Assembly: GCF_009914755.1 (NCBI RefSeq)
Contig: NC_060925.1
Reading direction: 5' to 3' (one strand)
DNA from: the human T2T-CHM13v2.0 reference genome, Homo sapiens
Length of the DNA: 64,000 nt
The notes beneath the pieces were generated by a model that was given only the letters and a program-made list of their open reading frames with translations, made no database searches and was not told the origin of the DNA. Of this stretch, positions 1 through 13,941 are shown one piece after another. The position numbers and the translations under genes were made by a program. Each line of letters begins with the position of its first letter. Positions within the stretch are counted from its first letter, which is position 1.

Positions 1-149
1 CCCAGGTGCCTCGCTCCCAGGATATCATTTGCCAAGGGTGGCTAGTCCCTGCAGGGAGCCTCTCCTAGGCCTCCAGGGAACTGCTTGGCCTCCCACTTCC
101 TCTCTATCCTGTCAACAACTCCCCCCTCTCCCCACACCAACAGAGGGAA

Positions 150-329
150 CCCAGCCACAGCTGATAGATGAGGCAACCCTGAACTCTCAGGGGAGAGGAC
201 AGTTCCGGTCTCCACAGGGGTGGATGGCCAGAGGCTGGGTGGCCAGATTGCACTAGGCATGTGAGGTTGCCTTCCCATCCAGGTGTAGACAGAAGACGAC
301 GTGGCTCCCCCGGCCCTGGCCACAGGCAC
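150..329 (-). pseudogene. Candidate TGF-beta-family pseudogene exon 3 remnant (3' boundary uncertain)
   Basis: CAG acceptor in the phase required by exon 2, reading ACGQGRGSHVVFCLHLDGK, then stop and frameshifts; weak pyrimidine tract. Confidence 0.22.
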
Positions 330-1314
330 CTGAGCGTGTCTGGGACTCAGGTGCAGGCCTTGGGTACAAGCCAGGTCTGCATCCACTCTCACCCATCCCT
401 GCAGGGACCGCCCTCCTGGGCTTTGCCTTGACCCAGAGTTTTTCCATCCATTGGGAATTAGATCCTTATTCCTAAAACTAGCAAAGAACCACTCACTCCC
501 CCAACAGGATGTTTGTTCTGGGTCTAATGAGACATTTTGAAATTCAAGTCCTCTGAACTCTTTCCCCAAACTAAAGGGCTCCAGAATGATTAGAAGACTC
601 CAAACCCCAGGCCCCTGGATACTCGGGTTCCCACCAGCTCCCCCGCCCTTCTCTTAACTCTGCCTCCCTCCCACCCTGCCTGGCCCCTCATGTCCCCATC
701 AGAGGAGGAGTCATGAGCTGGTGAGAATGAATAGGAGGAACCTAAAAGAGAAAAATTAAGAATTGAGAATTTTACAAAAGATGCAAGTTATAATATAAAA
801 TGGAAGTAAAGAAAAACTGGGAGGACACACACACAAAAACTAATAAAAATAGTTTCCTATTGGGAGGGAGCAAGGAATAGAAGACACAGAGGCAGAAATG
901 AGGCTTTTCAATTCATGCCTCCTTGTTATTTTGGTTTTTGTCAGTCTGCATTTCAAAAAGAAATTTTTCCGAGTACAATTATACAAAACCCCACCTGAGA
1001 ATTGAGTGCATTCTGCGTATTCTCCCGCAGGGGCAAGACGACGGAGGTATCTGCTGTGATCATTGAGCCCTGAAGGATGCCTTGTTAGTGGAGAGCGGCC
1101 TTCAGCACATCCTGCGTGTCTTAGGACAGGACATGCCATGCCTTCCTGCTCTGGAACAGGGACTTGGCTCCCTTTGAGCCTCTCTGGGGGCTTTCAACAG
1201 GCAAAGGGCCTGCTATGCTCCAACTGCTGAGCAATTTTCTCCCCACAAGGTCAAGGGCAGAAGGCTAGAGTGAAAAACAGTGGCAGCTGGCACAGGTTCG
1301 TTCATATTGTATGA

Positions 1315-1450
1315 ATTTTTTTTGTTTTTGTTTTTTATTTTTTTGAGATGGAGTCTCACTCTGTCGCCCAGGCTGGAGTGCAGTAGTGTGATCTCGGCTC
1401 ACTGCCTCCTAAAGTCCTGGGATTACAGGCATGAGCCACCGAGCCCGGCC
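1315..1450 (-). mobile_element. Internally deleted Alu
   Basis: Right-arm 3' end joined directly to left-arm 5' end at about 1405. Confidence 0.85.
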
Positions 1451-2013
1451 TCCAAAGATTTTTCATCACTCCAAGCAGAAACTCTGGAACCATTCATGTT
1501 TGAATTATTTTTAACAGATATGTTCAATTTTTGTATGTCAGCAAGGCCTGGAAGTAGGTTCATCTTGTCGGGAGGATGGGGCTCAGTAAATCTGTAGGTA
1601 GGCAGGATGATGAGGGGTCATCCCTTCTCTTTCCCCAAGTTGAAATCTCCTAAGCAAACACTGACTTCAAGGAACTCCAAATATAAAGGGATTGGAATGC
1701 AGCTTCACAGCCTGTCCTGGGGGACACGTTGGGGCGGTTCACGCAGGCAGCAGATTTTAAGATGAAAAGAAAGGGGATCTAGACAGTGGAGAGACGTGAG
1801 CGAAGCAGGGCTAGAGGAGACCAAAGTGGAGAGAAGGCAGTGAGACACCTGGGAGGGGGAAGGCGCAGGGCAAAGGAAACAGTGGTGGGGTGGGCGGCTC
1901 AGCCTTATGCGGCCTGGCCTGGCCTCCTTCCTCCCAGGCTGTGAGCACACTGAGGTCCTGGGCTGTGCCAGCTGAGGAGATGGATGGCAGAAGCCTCGGG
2001 GCAGACCACTCAC

Positions 2014-2124
2014 AGGTCCCCAGGCAGAAGCTGTTCACTGGGGTAGACCCCACAGCCTTCTCTCCAGGCCTTGCTGCACTGGGCCATCTCCTCGTGGTCC
2101 CAGGATGTCCCAGCAAGCGGAGCA
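2014..2124 (-). pseudogene. Candidate TGF-beta-family pseudogene exon 2 (111 bp)
   Basis: Pyrimidine tract plus CAG acceptor, T|GTGAGT donor; open frame ending STPVNSFCLGT. Confidence 0.35.
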
Positions 2125-2711
2125 CTGACCACAGGAGTAGGGGTGAGGGAACAAACCAGGCATACACTCCTGGCATCGCCAGACCTTGGCCCTGAACCCC
2201 ACCCAAACGGATCCATTTAAATGATCCTGAGGTCTAGGAACCCGCTGGGATTCGACAGAAATGTGAGCCCATCAGGTATTCAAAAAGGGTCTGTGCCAGT
2301 CCCCCAAATAGTTTAAAAACAACAACACTAGAAATTTTCTCTATCCACCTGGAATGAGTTTTCGGTTACAATTCTGACCCCATGCACCCTCCTCCACCCA
2401 CCCAAATCCTACCTGTCCTTCAAACCTTGTCCAGGATTCTATGATTTATTCCCCTGAGGCCCCTGGAAGCAATCACTCCCTTTTCTGGATAAGCAAAACA
2501 TCCTCTCTCCACCTCCCCGCGTGTTGCTGGATTGCTGGTATCTGGCATGCCCTATATTTTCCCTTGCGGACAGGTTGTTCCTTGAGGCTGGATTCCCCAC
2601 TGCACTGGCCCCAGCACCCAACACAGGCCTTGCACACGCTTTACAGCCAGCCAAAGCCAGCTGAAGGAACCAGATGCACTCCTGTCTTTCATAGGCTGGA
2701 GGGTTTTTTTT

Positions 2712-3722
<1,011 letters not shown>

Positions 3723-4142
3723 TGTTAGGTTACAAGCTTTAAGAGGATTAAATACTGGGGCTTCATTTACACCCAAGCACATGATGATGGCAGAGGTTTA
3801 GTAAGATTGTAGTTTGAACTCCTGGGGAAAATGATTCCACAGTCCATTTGCAACAAACGGGGTAATTTGAGGACTTGGAGCTGGGGCGTCTGCTCGGACC
3901 TGTACCTCAGAGCACTCGGAGACCTGCCAGGGCTTTCCTCATCAGCTTCATGATCTGGAGCACGAAGTATTGAACAACCAAAGCCACACTCCTTTGGTAG
4001 CATCTGAGTTTTCAGTTTCTTTCTCCCTGCTTCTCTGAGCTTCTTCCCTTTTGGGAATTACACAGCAATCGGGACCAACCTAACAAAACTAGCTGGTCAT
4101 TTATAGATTCTTCCAGACTGAAACTCCCCAAAGCCAACTTAC

Positions 4143-4408
4143 CCAATATGGTGCCACCACCCTTCTTGCTTCCATGTCCAGCTGTGAAAGGTAGGATTCT
4201 AGAGCCACTGGCAGCAGTCTGGAGGTCAGGGCTGGGACTTTTTCAGGTGCAGGTTTTTCAGGAGCTGCTGACTGACCTGGGTATCCAGGTCCAGAGAGGT
4301 ATCCACAGACACTGCTGTCTCCCAAAGGCAGTGGCATGAAACCAAGAGCACTGCAGCAACGTAAAGCACCCTGAGTGGCCAGGCAGGGCTGCAAGCACAT
4401 GAGGCCAT
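4143..4408 (-). pseudogene. Candidate decayed TGF-beta-family (activin/inhibin-beta-like) gene, exon 1
   Basis: ACCATGG start, hydrophobic signal-like segment, QQLLKNLHL-x-KVP...ALESYLSQL after a 1-nt frameshift at the A5 run (4239-4243), donor G|GTAAGT; by-eye similarity only. Confidence 0.5.
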
Positions 4409-6062
4409 GGTTCTCTCCTGGAGTGGACACACTGAGGACAGTCAGCCTCTTGGTACATCAGTAGCAACTGTAGCTCTGCCCCTTGCGCAGGAGCATGGGG
4501 AACAAACACGCATCTGTCCAGCCTGAGACCAGTGTCTAGAACCATTCCCAGCCCAGCCAGTGGAGACTCCAGGGCCAATCCCTCTACTTCCAGCTGCACA
4601 TCAGGCCCTGCTTCTGGGCTGTGCCTGCCCAGCGGCTCTGCTCACCCTGCCTCCTCTGCTACTGACTCCACAAAGCCCCTCAGGCCCAGCTGGAAACCTG
4701 GAAGTGGCATTTCCCTGCTGCTGACATATCTGATAGTACTTGGACTGGCGGGGACACGGGGTGCAGTTTGGATTCTGGGATAGAGCACAACGGACCTCTG
4801 CATCATGTGGGTGGGAGGTGCAAGGGAGCGCCAGAGTGAGGGCTTCCATCAGCCCCCGGCATGGCCCTTCCCAGGCTGCCAGTCCTGCAGTTATGGGTGC
4901 CGTAGACAATATGCACCTCCAAGCGGGGAGATGAGGTGGTGTACTCTGTAAAACAAGAATGCTGAGAAAGCCTCATATGGAGGCAAACAGCCATTTCCCA
5001 CACCCCCAGATAGTTCAATGGTAGGTTCTTGTAAATACTGTACTTCCCTGGCTCACTAAGGTTTCCCCACAGTGGAAAGACCAGTGGCCTTGGGCCCAGG
5101 ATCTAGGTTCTGGGCTCAGGTCTACACTGTAACCTGTGGCCTTAGGCAGTCACTTAGCCCCTTGGTTTCCCCATCTGCAAAATGACCCTTTCAGTCATTC
5201 CATGTTACTATTTCATGCCCCCTTTTGTTTCCTAGACTTTCTTGACTTACAGGCCTCTAGGCAAAGAAACTCAAAGCCAAAGTGTAAGAAACCTATTAGT
5301 GACCCAAGTCCAGTCAAATGAAGCTAGGACATTTCAATAAAGACGAAACAACTTGATTTTCAGAAATCCAACTCATCTACAACTTTCAGGAGTCTCCGTG
5401 TTGCATGAAGTTATGTAGAAAGGGGCCGGAAACGATCATTCTCTTGGTGAGCCCAGTGGTTTCCTCTACGATTGAGTCCACAACTTTGACCCCTGAGATC
5501 CGTTACTCTAATGGTGAACCGACGTGCTCCTACGCTGAAGTGTGCAGTAAGCCCAATCCGTGCCTGGATTTTGAAAAAACTGCCATTAGAGAGGAGAGTT
5601 AACAGAGAGAAAACTGTTTATTCAACTAACATTTATTGAGGACCTAAACTAGACACCAAACGTTTGTGTCAGGTGTTAGAGAAATAAAAATGAAAATGCC
5701 ACCCCTGCCCTCAAGGAGCTTATTAAATTCCAGGGTGGAAAATTAACATGTATTTTCACAGGTGAGCTACTAAACCTTCCCAGGTATTTACTTGCTTGAG
5801 ACTAAAATAAGCTACAGTGGAGACTGCAGGTAGAAAGTGGAGTCAGGTGTTCAAAGACTGGCCATAATCAGAGACTGGTGGGTCCATCTGCCTGCCAAAT
5901 GTGGAATCATGACTTTAGGAAGCTGATGTTAGCCTCAGTGTTTCTTTCCCACCAGACTTTGTCCTCGGGAAAAGAGTGAAATTACTACGGATGGGTCTAG
6001 ATCACTAGAGGAGGGGCAGGGAGCTATTGATCAAAGCATTTTTTAGACAGTGAAGACAGACT

Positions 6063-6895
6063 TGCTACCAAGCAATGGGCTTACTGCCCGACACACAGAG
6101 AAGCCAATACTATGGCTTTGGGCTTTGAGAAAAGAAAGGCTGGCCGGGCACGGTGGCTCATGCCTGTATTCCCAGCACTTTGGGAGGCCAAGGTGGGTGG
6201 ATCACGAGGTCAGGAGTTCAAGACCAGACTGGCCAACATAGTGAAACTCCGTCTCTACTAAAAATACAAAAAATTAGCTGGGCGTGGTGGCAGGTGCCTG
6301 TAATCCCAGCTACTCAGGAGGCTAAGGCAGGAGAATCACTTGAACTCGGGAAGTGGAGGTTGCAGTGAGCCGAAATCACACCACTGCACTACAGCGTGGG
6401 CGACAGAGTGAGACTCCATCTCAGAAAAAAAAAAGAAAAGAAAAGAAAGGCTTTGTTCTGAGGTCAACTGCTAAGGGGACAGCAGGCAAAACTCAAATCT
6501 GCCTCCCATATCTGGGTTTTGGGGCAAGTTTTATGGGTTAGGAAGGACTGGTTGGTATGTGAAAGTGCTGGCAGGGCAGGATTTGATTGGAAGGACTTCA
6601 AATGAGACGACTTTTGGTAAGGCATGGGGAGGGGTCTTATCACCAGAAATTCCTAGACAACTGACCCCCCACTTTTGAAAATGTTCCAGTGTTCAGGTTC
6701 CACATAAGTCCCAAACGTTTAGTTCCATGGTTGGGGAAAAGACTTTAGTTCCCAGTGTCATTTGAGGTCGAAGTTTTCTTTTCTGTGCATGCCCTGGCTG
6801 CGTAAGTTGCAACTTCTTAGCTCTGTGTCTGCAAAATAACTGGCCGTTCTGTTATCCACAGAGTAGGGCCAGATAAGACTGGTCTGGTGGTTACA
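6063..6895 (-). mobile_element. Old ERV1-class solo LTR interrupted by an Alu (family not determined)
   Basis: TG...CA ends, gact/aact flanks, GGGAGGCAGATTTGAG motif on the minus strand typical of MER-type ERV1 LTRs. Confidence 0.55.
6142..6439 (+). mobile_element. AluS inside an LTR
   Basis: Full dimer; TSD gaaaagaaaggct. Confidence 0.9.
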
Positions 6896-7419
6896 AACTG
6901 AAATTCAACCAGAGATGGATGCAGATATACAGAGGATGTGCTAGGTGAAAGGCTACAGTCTTGAGAAGGTAGACAGAAATAATGTGGTAAATGAAAGCAA
7001 TAAGAGGAGAAAGAAGACAGATGCTAAGATATGCTCCTGACCATTAGAATTACAGAGTTCTAGGGCTAGAAGGACCGTCAGAGGTCATCACATCCACCTC
7101 CACCTCAATGCATGACCACAGAAACCATCTGACAGGAAAGGGTGTGTCCAGTTTTGAAGGATAATCAAACAATCCTGGAGTGCAAGGTGTTCATTACAGA
7201 GCAAAGCCAGCCCTGGAAGAGCCTGACCCATGGGCACTCAGCAACTATTATTGAGTCAACCAGCTGCAAAGGCTCAAGGGAAGGGGTTTGCATTTGCCCT
7301 TCTCATTCCTCTCAGAAACTCAAGCACCTGCTACCTCGTTGTAAAAGGGAAGAAAAAGACTGAGCTACGCAAGATACGTAGGCAGAAGATACTTAAAAAG
7401 GGGTTATAACTCCCATGCG

Positions 7420-7890
7420 TTCATTTCTTAGACACTGGAACCACACAGGGACTAAAACAGGAGACCCAGGAGTGGCTACAGGATGGGAAAGAAGCAGATG
7501 GAAGATGCAGGACTTCCTACATCTTTGTGATTCTACAAGAAAGTGTGTTTACAGGAGCTGGATAAATGTAGCAGGCTTTGGCCACAGGGGCACTTGGATC
7601 TGTACCCCACATGGCTAACAGAGCCAAAGCCCTGTCACAGCACTGTCGTGGTTGCAGCCATGAGGCCAGATCACAGCCAGCCCAAGGCAGTGTTGAGGAT
7701 GAGGAGAAGGTGGAATCTGGCACCCCTTGGCGGGGCAGCTGCAGGTGGCCGTCGTAGTGAATCAAACCCAGCAGGCACCACTCAACAAAACTACCTTCAC
7801 CTCCCAGATAGCCACAGCTCACTGGGCCACCGTCATGCTTCAGCATCACCTCAGCAAACAAGCCAGTTCTCACTCCAGTTTTTAACATTT
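7420..7890 (+). mobile_element. Probable old ERVL-type LTR fragment (LTR41-like)
   Basis: Resembles remembered consensus features and ends ...ccagtttttaaca; low certainty. Confidence 0.3.
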
Positions 7891-8416
7891 TAAGAATGTG
7901 AAACTAGAGCAAATTTCAAATAACAAGGCATAGTTGTGGTTTTCCTCACAGGGATGTTTCTACTCCTCCTATTGGCACCTGCTTTAAACATTAAGTGGAA
8001 CATGTGATCTCAAAACCACTGAACGACTTTGATGTTCGGGATGAAAAAGAAAAGAGTGAAGATGGTAAGCAAGGGACCATTTGCTAATTTTTCCCAAATG
8101 CATCTGTGAACCCCTTCCCCCATAAAACAAATTGGTTTGCTTTTTAATATGGTGTGTTTTCTCCAGATGACTGTGAAAATTCCTGCTCATTGATGCTACC
8201 AGCTGGGACTGGTGGATGGAGAGTTAATCAAAACAACTACGTAAATCTACAGGTTCTCATCCTTCCTCTGCAAAAGGTTGTCTATGCACCAGAACAAGCC
8301 ATCTCTCTAGTCTTTATTTAGTGTTTTGTGTGACAAAAACTTACATGCAATGCTGCCCACCAGGAAGTAAGGTAAGGCAAAATGATGGGGACTAAATGCT
8401 GTCTGAAAAATAGCCA

Positions 8417-8952
<536 letters not shown>

Positions 8953-10971
8953 GAAAAACCCTGCTCATGGTCTTCACCCAGTTTTTACTCCCCATCAGAC
9001 TACAGCTCTTCATCTCTTCAAGACCCTTCTGCAAAACAGCTGCTGCATCCCCATTGGGCCTGAAAGGGTCACCCCCTCAGATGAGAGGCATGTTTGCATT
9101 TTCTTTCTACCTGGGTTTTGACCTGGGTTCTGTGCATGAAAATTTGTCAGGGGACAACCAGCCCAAATCACAGCTGGGAATATCATTATCTGCTGCAATG
9201 AGTAGCAGATAATGACCCATAGGGCCTAGTGGATTAATTATTTCTAATGCAGGGCTGGTTTCTCCTCCTGTATCCTCTTCGAAGCATGCTGCTACAAAGT
9301 CTCAAAATGTTGATCCACTTGGAGACTTTGAACAGCATATTGCTTATGGATACCCTATTGTCAGCAAAAAAGGACATCCTCCCAAACTATATATTCTTAG
9401 TCCTATTTCCCATAGATAAAAGAGGGAGGATCCTATTCAAAGGTTACAAACCTTGGGGTGGAAGGAAATATTCACCCAAACCATACGAGGGGCTTTTTTC
9501 TCCGTATGTCATTAGGATAGCTGATGTTCAACTCAGTTGTTGGCACATGTGGGTATTCGGTAAATATTTGCAAATTGAATGTGTAGCCTCATACCCAAGA
9601 TTACAGAAAGCAAAAAAGTCGGGAGACAAAAGGATTACAGAATTAGGAATACTTGGAGAAGAACTAAGGACCACCAGTGGCTTTGGTATGAGGGTGTTTA
9701 TATTCTCATTCTAGGAATAAATATTTTCACAGATCTTCTATTATTCAACATCATTTGTAAGATAATCCAGTAGAGAGGGGTTTCCTTTCACAGAAAACCA
9801 TGGCAGTTAGGAAGCAACTCAGGCACTGTTTATCTCCGCGAGGGTCCTCAGTGAATTGAGTCGTTCCAAAGATGAATAAAGATTCCTTGTTTCCAGAAAA
9901 TGGAAGGAAATCTCACAGTGCTGGAGGGAATAGGGGAAGCAGAGATAATCCATTCTCATCTTTCATATTTGACTATGAAAAAGAATTGGTATTTTAAACA
10001 AACTTAGAACTTCACCAGATGTGGGTTTTTAGATTTGAGACACAACACTTTCTAGCTGCTTCCAGCCATAGTAAAATCATAAAAACAAAGCTACCCAGAA
10101 CAGAGTTTGCTTGCTTCTTGGATATGCAGACTTAATGTCATGAAGATGCCAATTTCCCACCAGATCACTAGAAAAATTAATGCAATCCTATGAAAAATAT
10201 TTACTTTTTAGACAAGGTGATTTTAAAGTTCATTTGAAAGAATAAGTAATAATGCTAGAAAAATTCAGAAAAAAAAAATGAGCCACCACCAGATATTAAA
10301 GCCACAATAATTAAAACTGTGTGGTACTTATGCCTAATCAGCCAGGTCAATGGATCAGCATAGAACATTCAGAAAATAAGCACAAATACATATGAGAATC
10401 CAGTATGTGACAAAGTGGCATTTCAAATCAGTGAGGAAAAGATGGATTCTCAATCAACTATGTTTGAACAGTTATAGCAATTCAAATGAAGCATGTCATT
10501 GATTTGTTAAATTTGAATATTCACTTTCAAATATATAAATGCAGTCTATAATGTAACTTGAAGTGGAAATCACCTTGTGTGCATTAAAAATCTACCATTC
10601 AATTTAATAAACAGTTATTACTGCAAGAATAAAATGCTGCAATAATTTATGATCAAGAAAGTTTATGTACAAAAATTATTATGAACCTGAAAATAAGGAA
10701 ATAAATTGGCAGTCATTAACATTGAGATATATTTAGAAAAATATTAGATTATTTTTCAAACAAACACCACATATTAAAATGTAAATAATACAAAGCAGAC
10801 AAAAAATTAGACATAATTATCATCTTCATATGATTATTTAGGGTACTTTTAACAGAATAGTCTTTAAAAACTGTATTTAACTTTGTTTAGGCTATGAGTC
10901 TTAAAAAAAAAAAAAAAGTCCTATTAGGAATTCTTCACATTTTGTAAAGATGTATTAAAAATGTCAACTTT

Positions 10972-11401
<430 letters not shown>

Positions 11402-11820
11402 TTATGAAACTGACTTGTAGCATACTTTATATAAGACATTCAAACAAGATGTTTTTTTAAAGGCTGTGTGAAAACTAATCACTGAATATTTGCAGATAAC
11501 AATACCAATATTGCAGGGCTTCTAACAAGCAATTTGTATACATAACCTGGTGAGCCTCACGTGGAGAACTCGTAGCTCCAAGCCGCCAGCAGCCTGTCTG
11601 ACTTCAAATGCAGGGTCCAGTAGGCCTGCGACTTCAGCCCTGCTCACCACTTGGGAGTTTTTATTCTGTTTCTGATCCTCAAAGATGCATCTTGTTTTTG
11701 AGCCTAGCTCTGTCTTCTAAAATTTTCCTTGAAATATTTTACCTATTATTGTTATGTGTTTGGAGTTTCAGAGATGTGCCAACTCCAGGTGAAAGCTTCA
11801 AACGGCATCTCATGTAATAT

Positions 11821-13243
11821 TGTGTCTGCAATTGGAGGGTTCTCGGTCTCACCGACTTCAAGAATGAAGACGCGGACCCTCGCGGTGAGCGTTACAGTTC
11901 TTAAAGGCAGCGCGTCCGGAGTTTGTTCCTTCTGATGTTCGCATGTGTTCGGAGTTTCTTCCTTCTGGTGGGTTCGTGGTCTCGCTGGCTTAGGAGTGAA
12001 GCTGCAGACCTTCGCAGTGAGTGTTACAGCTCTTAAGGCAGCGCGTCTGGAGTTGTTCCTTCCTCCCCGTGGGTTCATGGTCTTGCTGGCTTCAGGAGTG
12101 AAGCTGCAGACCTTTGCAGTGAGTGTTACAGCTCATAAAGGCAGTGTGGACCTAAAGAGTGAGCAGCAGCAAGATTTATTGCAAAGAGCGAAAGAACAAA
12201 GCTTCCACAGTGTGGAAGGGGACCCGAACGGGTTGCCACTGGTGGCTCGGGAAGCCTGCTTTTCTCTTATCTGGCCCCACCTACATCCTGCTGATTGGTC
12301 CATTTTACAGAGAGCCCAGCGGTCTGTTTTGACAGGGGGCTGATTGGTGCATTTACAATCCCTGAGCTAGACAAAAAGGTTCTCCACGTCCCCACTGGAG
12401 TAGCTAGATACAGAGTGTGGATTGGTGCATTCACAAACCCTGAGCTAGACACAGGGTGCCGATTGGTGTGTTTACAAACCTTGAGCTAGATACAGAGTGC
12501 TGATTGGTGTATTTACAATCCCCTAGCTTGACATAAAGGTTCTCCAAGTCCCCCACCAGAGTCAGGAGCCCAACTGGCTTCACCCAGTAGAGCCCCCACC
12601 GGGGCCGCAGGTGGAGCCGCCTGCCAGTCCCACGCCGTGCGCCCGCACTCCTCAGCCCTTGCGTGGTTGATGGGACTGGGCGCCGTGGAGCAGAGGGCAG
12701 CACTCGTTGGGGAGGCTCAGGCAGCACAGGAGCCCACGGAGTGGGGGAGGCTCAGGCAGCACAGGAGCCCACGGAGTGGGGGAGGCTCAGGCATGGCAGG
12801 CTGAAGGTCCCAAGCCCTGCCCCACGGGGAGGGAGCTAAGGCCTGGCAAGAAATCGAGTGCAGCGCCAGTGGGCCGGCACTGCTGGGGGACCCAGTACAC
12901 CGTCCGCAGCCGCTGGCCCGGGTGCTAAGCCCCTCATTGCCTGGGGCCGGCAGGGCCGCCCGGCTGCTCCGAGTGCGGGGCCCGCCAAGCCCACGCCCAC
13001 CCGGAACTCCAGCTGGCCAGCAACTGTCGCGCACAGCCCCAGTTCCCGCTCGCGCCTCTCCCTCCACACCTCCCTGCAAGCTGAGGGAGCCAGCTCTGGC
13101 CTCCGCCAGCCCAGAAAGGGGCTCCCACAGTGCAGTGGTGGGCTGAAGGGCTCCTCAAGTGCCACCAAAGTGGGAGCCCAGGCAGACGAGGCGCCGAGAG
13201 CGAGCGAGGGCTGCGAGGGCTGCCAGCACGCTGTCACCTCTCA
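11821..13243 (-). mobile_element. Solo LTR12C-type (ERV9) LTR
   Basis: Minus strand begins TGAGAGGTGACAGCGTGCTGGCAG and ends ...GACACA; repeated CCAAT/GATA units at 12290-12510; U5 repeats; flanks atat/gtat resemble a mutated 4-bp TSD. Confidence 0.92.
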
Positions 13244-13338
13244 GTATGATAATAAAAGATGTTACTGAATTAATGGTTTATCTTAAACATTGATTTGTAT
13301 ACTTAAGAATTAGTGATCCTAGAAAGTGTCAGATATAG

Positions 13339-13941
<603 letters not shown>

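Noticed and set aside
2014-2031. FCLGTC as a cystine-knot CxGxC motif (mature TGF-beta or DAN family)
   Set aside because: The other knot cysteines and the W-x-x-W-x-x-x-P pattern are absent nearby; it fits better as the prodomain SF motif, or is chance
4010-4019. IRF core TTTCAGTTTC
   Set aside because: Isolated 10-mer about 50 kb from the promoters; expected by chance
9247-9714. 155-aa plus-strand ORF
   Set aside because: No recognisable domain, weak start context and no supporting splice structure
11729-13268. Many overlapping 60-136-aa ORFs
   Set aside because: All inside the GC-rich LTR12C; no gag/pol/env similarity
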